Shown here piece by piece: positions 11,330 through 22,601 of a stretch of DNA of 41,322 nt; within the stretch, counting starts at the first letter, position 1; every line of letters begins with the position of its first letter. The DNA is from an uncultured Bacteroidales bacterium (lineage in GTDB: Bacteria > Bacteroidota > Bacteroidia > Bacteroidales > VadinHA17): positions 1 to 41,322 of the forward strand of contig CAVVGP010000161.1 in the NCBI GenBank assembly GCA_963747625.1, read 5' to 3'. The notes beneath the pieces are model-generated. The model was given only the letters and a program-made list of their open reading frames with translations. It made no database searches and was not told where the DNA came from. A program made the translations under genes and the position numbers.

Positions 11330-12509
11330 ATGAAGAAAAAGAAAATTGCTTTGGTTATATTTCTCATAGCCCTCTCTGGGAAAACTACTATATTTTCACA
11401 GCAAAGTTCAGGAGAATTAAATGCTATCCAAACGGTTGTTCCATTTCTTACAATAGCTCCCGATTCAAGAGCAGGAGCTATGGGCGATGCCGGAGTTGCT
11501 ACTTCTCCCGATGTATACAGCCAGCATTGGAATCCTGCAAAATTTGCTTTTATCGACGGTAATGGCGGAATAGGTGTCTCTTATTCTCCATGGCTCAGAA
11601 ATCTGGTCCCGGATATTAATATAGCCTATCTATCAGGATATAAAAGAATTGACTCAAAACAGGTTGTGGCAGCAAGTCTTTTGTACTCTTCACTTGGCGA
11701 TGTGCCATTCACTGATGAATTTGGAAACCTTCAACGCACTTTTACTCCTAATGAATTTGCAATTGATGCAGGTTATTCAAGACTTTTATCCGATAATTTT
11801 TCAGGAGGAATTGCTTTCCGTTTCATATATTCCAATCTTACAGGAGGAACATACTCCGGCGGCGTTGCAACAAAACCAGGAATTTCATTTGCAGCTGATG
11901 TTTCAGCTTACTACCATAAGCCTATCAGTTTATTAAGCAAGGATGGGCAAATTGGATTTGGCGTTAATTTTTCAAATATCGGCACAAAAATGAGTTATTC
12001 ATCAGTGCAAGCTGCTGATTTCATACCTATGAATTTGCGCATCGGAACATCCGCAACAATTAACCTCGACCAATTTAATAAATTAACTGCCACCCTCGAC
12101 CTTAATAAACTTCTGGTTCCGACTCCTCCTATTTATAGCAGTACAAACCCCGATAGCATAATAAAAGGCAGAAATCCTAATGTCTCTGTCCCGGTTGCAA
12201 TAATACAATCATTCTATGATGCCCCGGGCGGATTTAAGGAAGAAATGCAGGAAATTACCTATTCGATCGGACTGGAATACTGGTACAATAATCAGTTTGC
12301 CATCAGGGGCGGCTATTTTTATGAAAATCCGACAAAAGGAAACAGAAAGTACTTTACTGCCGGAGCAGGATTCAGGCTTAAAGCAATTACACTTGATTTC
12401 TCATACCTGATGCCGGTTGCACAAAATAATCCTCTTGCTCATACCTTACGTTTTTCGATAGCATTCGATTTCAATTCGCCAAAAAATGCCAACAGGATCA
12501 AAGGGATGA
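11330..12509 (+). CDS. porV: T9SS outer-membrane shuttle protein PorV (LptO)
   Basis: Signal peptide, then [30 protein letters not shown]…HWNPAKFAF and beta-barrel-like repeats. As assembled it runs in frame into ispF. Reading the A6 run 12481-12486 as A5 gives TGA 12507-12509, which overlaps the ispF ATG (ATGA). Confidence 0.8.
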
Positions 12510-12983
12510 ATATAAGGATCGGGCAGGGAATTGATTTTCACCAACTTAAAACAGGATTGGATTTATGGCTGGGAGGAGTGAAGATACCTTCCGAAAAAGG
12601 ATGTGTGGCGCATTCTGACGGCGATGCACTACTGCATGCAATATGTGATGCCCTTCTTGGTGCAGCGGGATTAAGAGATATCGGATATTATTTCCCCGAT
12701 ACATGATAACAAGTATAAAAATATCGACAGTAAAATACTGCTGAAAGAAACATATGACCTGATAAGACAAAAAGGATTACAGATAATTAATATTGATAGT
12801 ACAGTATGCCTGGAAAAACCTAAAATATCCTCTTTCATCCAGGAAATGAAAAAAACTATATCAGCCATAGTTGAAACTGAACCTGACAATGTAGCAGTGA
12901 AAGCCACCACTACTGAAAAACTTGGTTTCACGGGGAGAGAAGAGGGAATTATCGCAATAGCAGTCGTATTGCTTTCAAAATAA
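12506..12983 (+). pseudogene. ispF: 2-C-methyl-D-erythritol 2,4-cyclodiphosphate synthase, 1-nt insertion near 12704
   Basis: [14 protein letters not shown]…[31 protein letters not shown] | DNKYKNIDSKILL…VKATTTEKLGFTGREEGIIAIAVVLL, TAA at 12981-12983. Confidence 0.85.
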
Positions 12984-13075
12984 AGGTCTTACACGGAATT
13001 TGCTGACAATTAAGTGACCATGGCCTGGCACTCTTCCCAGTAATTTTTATTTTCCTTTAATCTTAAAAACATTTC

Positions 13076-15086
13076 TTAAGGCTTTCTCAAAGCATCTTCA
13101 ATCAACTTATCATCTGCAATATAAGGCACAGTTACCTTAAGACCAGGTGTCCTTTCCATTTCTCTTTTAATTGTGAAAATAGCTTCTTCGTTCCTTGCCC
13201 AGCTGCGACGTGCAATTCCGTTGTTTACATCCCAATGAAGCATCATCCGGAGTTTCTTTCAGTTTCGGAAGTGCCATCGAGGACCATTCCAAATCCTCCA
13301 TTTATAACTTCTCCCCACCCTACTCCACCTCCATTATGCAGCGATACCCATGTAGCTCCACGGAAAGAATCACCGATTACATTCTGAACAGCCATATCGG
13401 CTGTGAATTTTGAACCGTCATAAATATTTGATGTTTCCCTGTAAGGAGAATCGGTCCCTGATACATCATGATGGTCTCTTCCTATAACTACCGGGGCTGA
13501 GATTTTCCCCTTTGAAATGGCATTGTTGAATGCAGAGGCAATTCCATTCTTCCTTCAGCATCAGCATATAGAATTCGTGCCTGTGAACCAACCACCAGTT
13601 TGTTTTTCCCTGCTCCTTTAATCCAGTGAATATTGTCCTTTAGTCTGTTGCTTTATCTGCATGGCGATTTTTTAATAATTCCATAAGTGTTTCAATGGCA
13701 ATATTGTCAGTGATTTCCAGATCGGAAGGTTCATTTGAACAACAAACCCACCGGAAAGGACCAAAGCCATAATCGAAACACATGGGTCCCATAATGTCCT
13801 GAACATATGAAGGGTATCTGAATTCTCCATCATGTTTCAGAACATCTGCTCCGGCCCTTGAAGCTTCAAGCAAAAATGCATTTCCATAATCAAAAAAATA
13901 GGTTCCTCTTTCAGTGTGCCGATTTATAGCCTTAACCTGTCTTCTTAATGATTCACGTACAATTCCTTAAACCTTTCAGGATTTTCCGACATCATTAAGT
14001 TTGATTCTTCAAAGCTTAAACCGGCTGGATAATATCCCCCTGACCATGGATTATGAAGCGAAGTCTGATCAGAGCCAAGATCAACATAAATGTTTTCATC
14101 AGCAAATTTCTCCCACACATCTACAATATTCCCCTCGTATGCAATTGAGGTCGCTTTTTGAGCTGAAGTTGCCTCTTTTACTCTCCTCAAAAGACTATTC
14201 AAATCGACAAATACTTCATCGACCCAACCCTGGGAATGCCTTATTTTAAGTGCTTTGGGATTGATCTCCGCTATAACCGAAATAATACCTGCAATGTTTG
14301 CCGCTTTTGGCTGGCCCCAGACATTCCGCCAAGACCGGATGAAACAAAAAGCTTACCTTTTAACACATCTTCCGCCTTAGATATCATCCGTACGGCATTG
14401 AGAATTGTAATGGTAGTACCATGAACGATACCCTGAGGTCCGATATACATATACGATCCTGCTGTCATCTGTCCATACTGCGATACTCCGAGAGCATTAA
14501 ATTTCTCCCAGTGATCCTGTGATGAATAATTAGGGATTACCATTCCATTCGTAATAACTAATCTGGGGGAACTTTTCAATGAAGGGAAAAGACCCAGAGG
14601 ATGACCGGAATACATTACCAGCGTCTGCTCATCAGTCATCTCTGACAGGTATCTCATAGTTAGCCTGTACTGAGCCCAATTCTGAAAAACCGCACCATTA
14701 CCACCATATGTTATTAATTCATGAGGATGCTGTGCAACAGTAACATCAAGATTATTTGAGATCATCAGCATAATTGCACCCGCACTTCTGGAGTGAAACG
14801 GGAAATCATCAATATGACGGGCCTTAATTTCATAATCAGGTCTGAATCTGTACATATATATCCTGCCATAAGATGCAAGTTCCGTGGCAAATTCTTTTGC
14901 CAGTACAGGATGGAATCTTTCCGGAAAATACCTGAGGGCATTCTTTATTGCAAGTCGTTTCTCAACATTATTAAGTATATCTTTTCTTTTGGGAGCATGA
15001 TTAATGTTCAGGTCATATGTCTTAAGTTCAGGTAGTTCAGAGGGAATACCCTCTGAAATCAATTTCTTGAAATCAGTAATTGTCAT
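13076..15086 (-). pseudogene. hutU: Urocanate hydratase, several frameshifts
   Basis: ORF 14271-15086 (…RIYMYRFRPDYEIKA…ELITYGGNGAVFQNWAQYRLTMRYL…LVMYSGHPLGLFPS…QYGQMTAGSYMYIGPQGIVHGTT…SSGLGGMSGA). ORFs 13945-14202 and 13640-13873 continue it. C-terminal end …LRKP-TAA (plus strand tta at 13076-13078). Confidence 0.8.
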
Positions 15087-15188
15087 ATCCGGTTATTATA
15101 AATTATTATGTAAAGTTAGTAAAAAACAAAAAAGCCGGACTCTATACAGTGAATCAGCTTTCATTAATATTTTGGAATTCAAGCACTA

Positions 15189-15953
15189 TTACAGATGTCC
15201 TTCTTTTATTATTTCATCATCGACGAGAATTCGTCCGCAATATTCGCAAACTATGATTTTCTTTCTTGATCTGATATCCAGCTGCCGCTGAGGAGGGATC
15301 TGATTAAAGCACCCGCCACAGGCATCTCTCTGAACCGGAACTACTGCAAGACCGTTTCTGGCATTTGAACGGATTCTTTTGTAAGCTGCGAGTAATCTAT
15401 CTTCAATAATAGCCTCAACTTTTTCGGATTTTTTATATAAGCCTTCCTCTTCTTTCTGAGTATCGGAAATTATCTCATCAAGCTCTGATTTTTTGTTATC
15501 AAGATCAGTCTTGCGATCGGCTAGAGTTGCCTCTGATTCTGCAATAACCAATTTCTTTTCCTCAATAAGAAAATTAAACTCCTTAATTTTTTTATTGAAG
15601 AGTTCAATCTCCAGGTTTTGATATTCAATTTCTTTGGAAAGTGAATCAAATTCCCTGTTATTTCTTACATTTTTTTGCTGTTCTTCATATTTTTTTATCA
15701 GCAATTCAGCATCGGTAATCTCATTATTCTTCTTAATAACCGATTTTTCAAGAGTTTCAACTTCATCTTTAAGATTCCCTAACCTGGTTTCTAATCCAGC
15801 TATCTCATCCTCCAGATCCTGTACCTCAAGCGGTAATTCTCCCCTGAGAGTCTTTATTTTATCTATCTCTGAATCAACTAATTGTAAACCATATAATGCT
15901 CTTAATCTTTCTTCAACAGAAATTTCAGACTCATGTGATTTTGCTTTTTCCAT
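15189..15953 (-). CDS. Coiled-coil C4 zinc-ribbon protein (COG1579-like, the usual Nif3 neighbour)
   Basis: Intact 254-aa ORF. Long heptad-like E/K/L-rich region, then CGGCFNQIPPQ…VCEYCGRIL. Confidence 0.75.
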   Translation of the reverse strand: MEKAKSHESEISVEERLRALYGLQLVDSEIDKIKTLRGELPLEVQDLEDEIAGLETRLGNLKDEVETLEKSVIKKNNEITDAELLIKKYEEQQKNVRNNREFDSLSKEIEYQNLEIELFNKKIKEFNFLIEEKKLVIAESEATLADRKTDLDNKKSELDEIISDTQKEEEGLYKKSEKVEAIIEDRLLAAYKRIRSNARNGLAVVPVQRDACGGCFNQIPPQRQLDIRSRKKIIVCEYCGRILVDDEIIKEGHL

Positions 15954-15955
15954 CT

Positions 15956-17046
15956 TTAAAAATAATTTATCGGATTCGTATTTGTTTCTGAAAACCGGAC
16001 TGCAAATTTAGGGAATTTTTTAATAATTAAGTCTTTTAAAATTTCTCTCGAGAATTTTTCACTTTCAAAATGTCCTGTATCTACAAGTAATATCTTGTCT
16101 TCCGCTTTAAAAAAATCATGGTATTTAAGATCAGCAGTCAAAAATACATCGGCACCAAGCTGAAATTGCCTGATTGATAAGAGATGCTCCGGAACCTCCG
16201 CAAAGTGCAACTTTTTTTATCATTTTCCCGGTCGGCTTCGAGTATCTTATACCACAGCACTAAAAACAGAAGAAACAAGTTTCAGAAGTTCGTTTTCAGT
16301 GACAGCATCTTTAAATTTTCCGATGCATCCCAAACCGATTCCAGCATTTTTGTTTTCAAGGGAGTAAAGATCATAAGCCACTTCCTCATAAGGATGAGTA
16401 TCAAGAAGAGCCGTAATCACTTTATCTTTCAGATGAGAAAAGAGAATAGTTTCAAAGCGGATCTCCTTTTCAAAATGGACTTTCCCTTTTTCACCGACAA
16501 ATGGTTTTGCCATTTCATCGGCTCTGAAGCTTCCCGTACCAGAAGTTATAAAACCGCACCGGTCGTAATTACCAATAACACCTGCTCCGGATTCAAAAAG
16601 ACTGTTACTTCAGCTTCCAGATGAGATTCAGGGATATAAGTAACAAGTTTTAATAAGATGTTTTCAGACGGGGATAAAACGCTGATTTCTTCCAGACCAA
16701 TTTTTTCTGCCATTTTCGTGCTGACGCCACCAGTGAAGACGTCGAGGTTAGTATGAGCTGAATAGACAGCAATATCGTTCTTTATTGCCTGATACTATTC
16801 TCTCAGTAAATGATTTACCTCCAATGCTCTTAATCCCTTTGAAGATAAGAGGATGATGCGATATTACCACATCTGTTTTATCAGCAATAGCTTCATCCAT
16901 CACCTCCCCGGTAATATCGAGGTAAATAAATCTGAGGATATTTCACGTTCCGGTATGCCGACCTGCAGACCGGAATTATCATAACCTTCCTGAAATGACA
17001 GAGGAACTGCCGAATCAAGATATAAAGTAAGATCTTTAAGTTTCAT
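15956..17046 (-). pseudogene. Nif3-like dinuclear metal centre protein, several frameshifts
   Basis: Start MKLKDLTLYLDSAVPLSFQEGYDNSGLQVGIPERE (ATG 17046-17044). Internal …DVVISHHPLIFKG… in a shifted frame. ORF 16247-16513 is the insert domain. ORF 15956-16210 has FLTADLKYHDFF…LLVDTGHFESEKF. Confidence 0.75.
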
Positions 17047-17170
17047 ACTGATTTCCTCTGTATCCCTTTATGCCTTCTCAGTGGCACTCTATGTAATAGA
17101 AAAGAATTTAATCCCCTTCGAAGAACTACAAAGAGGATCGCAGAGAAACAAAGAGATTATATATTATATA

Positions 17171-17521
17171 TTATCTTTTATGTTGAGAAGGAATGTTTAT
17201 CTTCAGAAGTGATTCATTGATTTCGTATTTATAATCTGTTTCGGCCCATTTTTCAGACAGCCTTTTTTTGGCTCCTGAAAGAGTCATTCCTTCATCTTTT
17301 AGCAGATGATAAATGATCCTAAGGTTTTTAATGTCGGCAGGTGTAAAAAACCTGTTCCCTTTTTTATTTTTCATGGGTTTGAGAATATCGAACTCATTTT
17401 CCCAGAAACGAATTGTAGATACCGGAACTTCAAGCATTTCAGCTACTTCCCCTATCGAATAATAGAGTTTTTCGACTCTTTTTTCTTTATATGGCATATT
17501 CATTATATAAGACTTCACCAA
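17171..17521 (-). CDS. MerR-family transcriptional regulator (short form)
   Basis: Intact 116-aa ORF with HTH YYSIGEVAEMLEVPVSTIRFWENEF…NKKGNRFFTPADI. Confidence 0.8.
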   Translation of the reverse strand: MVKSYIMNMPYKEKRVEKLYYSIGEVAEMLEVPVSTIRFWENEFDILKPMKNKKGNRFFTPADIKNLRIIYHLLKDEGMTLSGAKKRLSEKWAETDYKYEINESLLKINIPSQHKR

Positions 17522-17577
17522 TGAAGGTTTTAGTCAGGGAACAAAATATCTTTTATCCAAAAATTCTTTCTTAAAAG

Positions 17578-18473
17578 TTAATCCAAAGATTGACCAGTTT
17601 TAGACGCAATTTCAATAATTCTCTCATATTCAGCAGAATTCAGATCTTCGAAATAGTAGTTTACAGGATCTACATTGACACCATTTAGTTTAATTTCATA
17701 ATGAAGATGGTTTGCAACCGATATTCCTGTACACCCGACAAAACCAATGACATCGCCTCTTTGTACCTTTTGTCCAACCCTTACATTGAAATCACTTAGA
17801 TGCGCATATATGCTTGTATACCAAAACCATGATCAATAATAATATGTTTTCCCGGCCTCTTGTGCAGATAAAACTCCAACAACAGTCCCATTCCCTGTAG
17901 CATAGACGCGGTTCCAAGAGGAGCTGTGAAATCCATCCCGTAATGAAACTTGCTGATTTTATAAATAGGATGTATTCTCCATCCGAAACCTGAAGCTGTC
18001 CTTATAAGATCTTTATTGGAAATAGGAATAATAGCCGGGATTGATCTGAGCATTTCTTCCTTATTTTTAGCCAGTTTAATTAGCTCATCAAACGATTTTG
18101 ACTGGATATAAATCTTCTTCCTGATCTTATCAAGCCTTTTAGCTGTTTCTATAACGAGTTTGGAATTGTTATAACCTTCAAGAGCTTCATATCTGTTCAC
18201 TCCTCCTATGCCTCCTTCCCTCTGGGTAGATGGGATTGGCTCAGCTTCAAAGATTGTCCTGTAAAGATTATCGTCGGTTTTCTGAAGATCTTCCAGAACA
18301 TTTTCAACGCTATCCATCTCACGGTGAATAAAGTCATACTGAATTGTCATTTGTTCAACTTCCCGTTTAAGGGCTTTCTCCTTCGGAGAATCAAAGAAGG
18401 AAGCAAAAATAACCCAGTAAATCAGCGCAATAATAAGCGATCCGACAAAGTAAGCCAGAAGCCTAAGCATCAA
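17578..18473 (-). pseudogene. M23 family metallopeptidase, paralogue 1, frameshift near 17800
   Basis: N-terminal TM and coiled-coil. FGWRIHPIYKISKFHYGMDFTAPLGT, then IIIDHGFG… In the shifted frame …GDVIGFVG.TG…HLHYEIKLNG…VDPVNYY. Confidence 0.75.
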
Positions 18474-18636
18474 AGTTTTTATTCCAAGTCTTATTTTGTC
18501 GAAAACTCAGAGAATCGGGATTAAATTTATATTTCGTTGTTGGCATAATGTGCAAAGATAATTAATTCTGAAAAAATAAGAAACTCGCTATCCAATATGG
18601 ATATTAAGTTATTTGAATATAGGAAGGGAAAAGGGA

Positions 18637-19575
18637 TTATTTGAATTTTGATTTTGATTCGAAAGCCTGAATCATTTCTGTATATTCTTCCGCACTGACA
18701 TCGTTGTTGAAGAAATTAACCGGGTTTTTATGCTGACCAAATTGTTCAATCTGGTAATGAAGATGAGGTCCGTGAAGATAACCGGTACTGCCGCTTAAAC
18801 CGATCAGATCTCCTCTTTTACATTCTGCCCTTTAACAACTTTAATATCACTAAGATGCCCATAAACCGTCTGAAACCCATAACCATGATCAATTACAATA
18901 CAATTTCCGAATCCTCCTGAGTTCCAACCGGATTCAATAACCGTGCCATCGCCTGTTGCATATACATCTGTACCATACGGCACTTCAAAATCCTGTCCGT
19001 TATGCATTCTCGGTGTTCCAAGTATAGGATGAATGGTCCTGAATTTGAATCCGTCACCAAGCTTTAAATTTCACACTTACCGGACTTATTCCCGGGAAAT
19101 GATCCATTTCCCTCTTCCATTCAGTGGCTTTTTCAGCGATAGTCTTGAATGATTCGGTCTGGACAGTGGCCATACTCTTTATCTCATCAATCTTCGATTT
19201 GTAAGCGATCAGCAGATCTGAGTTATGATATACCTTAAGATCACTGTATCTGTCAACGCCTCCGAATCCTGCTTTCCTGTATGATCCAGGAACACTATCC
19301 ATATCGAGTATAGGCCTGTAACGTTTATCATCGGAAAGTCTGAGACTATTAAGAGTTGCAAGTGAATTGTCGAGCTCTCTGCCATCAAAGAGTATTGAAG
19401 CTTAAGATTTTCGATCTGCTGATTAAGCAGTTTCTCTTTGGAGATCCGAACAATTTTCAATAAAAGTGCCATAAAACGTTGCCAGAATAAGCGATCCGGC
19501 AAGCCAGAGGAGAATGTGCAAAAGTTTCTTCTTCCAGGGAAACCTGACCTGCTTATATTGCAGATCGGTCAAATC
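18637..19575 (-). pseudogene. M23 family metallopeptidase, paralogue 2, at least 3 frameshifts; start uncertain
   Basis: ORF 18804-19007 MHNGQDFEVPYGTDVYATGDGTVIESGWNSGGFGNCIVIDHGYGFQTVYGHLSDIKVVKGQNVK. Shifted C-terminus RGDLIGLSGSTGYLHGPHLHYQIEQFGQHKNPVNFF. The N-terminal TM/coiled-coil pieces are in ORFs 19054-19302 and 19209-19502. Confidence 0.7.
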
Positions 19576-19713
19576 AAGACATATTTCCGGTTTCGTATCA
19601 ACAGCCAGTAGAATTTTTGAAATATATATTGCTATTTCACAAATCTAAAGCAAATAAATTAATTTTACAAGCTTAAAATTAACGAAGCTTAATTTAATAT
19701 AATTCTCAATCAC

Positions 19714-22345
19714 ATGAAGGCACAGGAACTGAGGCAATTATTTTTTGAATTTTTTAAATCTAAAGGACATCATATAGTGCCTTCAGCACCAATGGTAATT
19801 AAAAATGACCCGACACTTATGTTTACCAATGCCGGGATGAACCAGTTCAAGGATATATTCCTCGGTAACATACACCGGTGAACATAAAGAGTAGCAAACT
19901 CACAAAAATGTTTAAGGGTTTCAGGCAAACATAATGATCTTGAAGAAGTTGGACATGACACTTATCACCATACGATGTTTGAGATGTTAGGCAACTGGTC
20001 ATTCGGTGATTATTTTAAGAAAGAAGCTATCGAATGGGCGTTGGGAATTACTTACAGAAACTTGAAAATTGATAAGGACAGATTGTATGTTACAGTATTT
20101 GAAGGTAATAAAGAGGAAATGTTGCACGTGATGATGAAGCATATACCTATAGGGAAAAATGTATTTCAGAACCCGAAGAAGGATTATCTGAAGGATCAAA
20201 AAAAGACAATTTCTGGGAGATGGGTGAAACGGGACCATGCGGACCATGTTCAGAAATACATATTGATCTAAGGGATGAGGAGAGAGAAAAAAGATACCAG
20301 GGGATGAACTTGTAAATAAAGGACATCCACTGGTGATTGAAATATGGAATCTGGTCTTTATCCAGTATAACCGAAGGTCTGATGGATTCTTGAGCAACTT
20401 TACCTGCCAAACATGTCGATACCGGCATGGGATTTGAAAGACTATGTATGGTTGTTCAGGGTAAAAAATCGAATTATGATACAGATATTTTCCAGTCCGA
20501 TAATAAAGGAGATTTCTTCAATAACAGGTAGGAAATACGGGGTAAATGAAAAATGGGATATCGCACTCCGTGTTGTTGCAGATCATCTGAGAGCAGTAGC
20601 CTTTTCAATTGCCGATGGACAATTCCCTTCAAATAATAAAGCAGGATATGTTATAAGAAGAATTCTCCGACGGGCGGTCAGATATGGTTATAATAACCTT
20701 GGTATAGAGGAACCATTCATGTATCAAACTTGTTCCAGTACTTGCATCGACAATGGGAGACAATATCCTGAACTTCAGTATGGCAAAGAACAGATCTCGA
20801 AAATAATCCTCGAGGAAGAAATTGCCTTTCTTAAAACTCTTGGAAAAGGATTAAAGATGATTGAGAAAATGATCACTGATCTCAGGAAAGAGCATAACAA
20901 TATTCTCTCCGGGGAAAGTAGCCTTTGAGATGTATGATACTTTTGGATTTCCTGTTGACCTTACTCAGCTGATTCTTAAAGAAAATGATATGCAATCTTG
21001 ATATGAAAGGATTTGAGGAAGAGATGAAGAATCAGAAAGACCGTTCACGTGAAGATGCCTCTGTTGAAGCAGCAGACTGGATAGTTATAAAGGAAATAGA
21101 AGGGACCGCATTCACCGGTTACCACAAATTGGAAGATGAAGTCTGCATAACAAAATACCGGAGAGTAAAGGTTAAAGGAAAAGAGACGTTTCAGATTGTT
21201 TTTGATAAAACCCCATTCTATGCTGAGGCCGGTGGTCAGACTGGAGATACTGGTTTTATCTTATCCGGAAATGAAAAAATTCTCATTTCAAATACGATTA
21301 AGGAGAATAATCTGATAATTCATATTGCCGCTAAAATGCCGGCAGATGTTACTAGTGTGTTAAAAGCGACGGTAGATTTCGAAAAGCGTCTGATGACCGC
21401 CAATAATCATACTGCCACTCACCTGATCCATTTTGCGTTACGTTCTGTCCTTGGAAATCATGTGGAACAGAAAGGTTCTCTAGTAACTCCTGATCGACTG
21501 CGTTTCGACTTCAGCCATTTCAGCAAAATGAGTAAGGAGGAATTTCAAAGGTTGAAGATCTGGTGAATAAAATGGTCAGGGCAAATTATACCGGGAAGAT
21601 AACCGATGGAGTTTCTATGGAAAAAGCCAGATCGATGGGTGCTATGGCTCTTTTTGGAGAAAAATATGGTGATCGCGTAAGAGTTGTCGAGTTTGGAAAA
21701 TCAATTGAGCTGTGCGGAGGAACCCATGTTAAAGCTACAGGTAGTATAGGCCTTGTAAAAATTGTTTCAGAAGGCGCCATTGCTTCCGGCATTAGAAGAA
21801 TTGAAGCTGTAACTGCCTCAAAAGCTGAGGAATATATTAATGAAAGATTAAATATTGTCGAAGAGATTGGCACACTTTTAAAGAGTACTGGAAACATATC
21901 AGAAAGTATTGAAAGACTTCTGGCAGAAAATAATTCCCTTAAAAAAAGTGTCGAAAAATACCAGGTTCAGTTTACTGCCGGAAGGATGAAAGAACTTATA
22001 GATAAAGCGGTAAAAATTAATGATATAAGATTTATTTCCGGCCAGATTGAAACCGATTCAACCGATGTGATAAAGAATGTTGCCTATCAGCTTAGAGGAT
22101 CTTCTGTAAATACAGTAATGGTTATCGGATCAGAAATTGCGGGAAAAGCAAATTTGCTGGTTACGGTTAGCGATGATCTTGTAAATGAAAGAAACCTTAG
22201 CGCAGTTGACATTATCAGGGAAATTTCAGGAGAAATCAATGGAGGCGGAGGCGGACAACCTTTTATAGCAACTGCAGGAGGAAAGAAGCCGGAAGGCATT
22301 AAATATGCATTTCTAAAGGCTGCTGAATTCCTGAAAAAATTCTGA
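19714..22345 (+). pseudogene. alaS: Alanine--tRNA ligase, six or more frame breaks or in-frame stops
   Basis: [52 protein letters not shown]…[51 protein letters not shown]… Editing domain NNHTATHLIHFALRSVLG. C-terminal DHHA1-like GGGGGQPFIATAGGKKPEG. TGA at 22343-22345. Confidence 0.9.
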
Positions 22346-22601
22346 ACTCATCATCTCGCAATAAATAAATAATATTCCAATTCGAAATTTATTATAAAAT
22401 ATACTATTTATAATATGCTGTTTATGTGATGTTTGCATGTCAATATGCTTTTTATTGCAAACCTCCCTGGTATTTGTTCGAAAATAATTATTAGACTTGT
22501 TGCCGGATTAATTAAATACCTGTAACCGGTTTTTAATGTTTGAAAATTAATTTTCAAGTAGTTTGATCAGGCAAATAATTCCGCCTGACCTTTAATAATA
22601 T

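Noticed and set aside
11330-12706. Apparent PorV-IspF fusion protein (458-aa ORF running from porV into ispF with no stop)
   Set aside because: Reading the A6 run at 12481-12486 as A5 makes porV end …[14 protein letters not shown]. That stop overlaps the ispF ATG (ATGA at 12506-12509), which is a normal coupled gene pair. Given the indel-rich sequence, a homopolymer error is far more likely than a real fusion.
17156-17175. Short AT microrepeat (ATTATAT ATTATAT ATTAT) at the end of the MerR gene
   Set aside because: It is only about 2.5 copies of a 7-mer in AT-rich DNA overlapping a stop codon. Nothing suggests a function.
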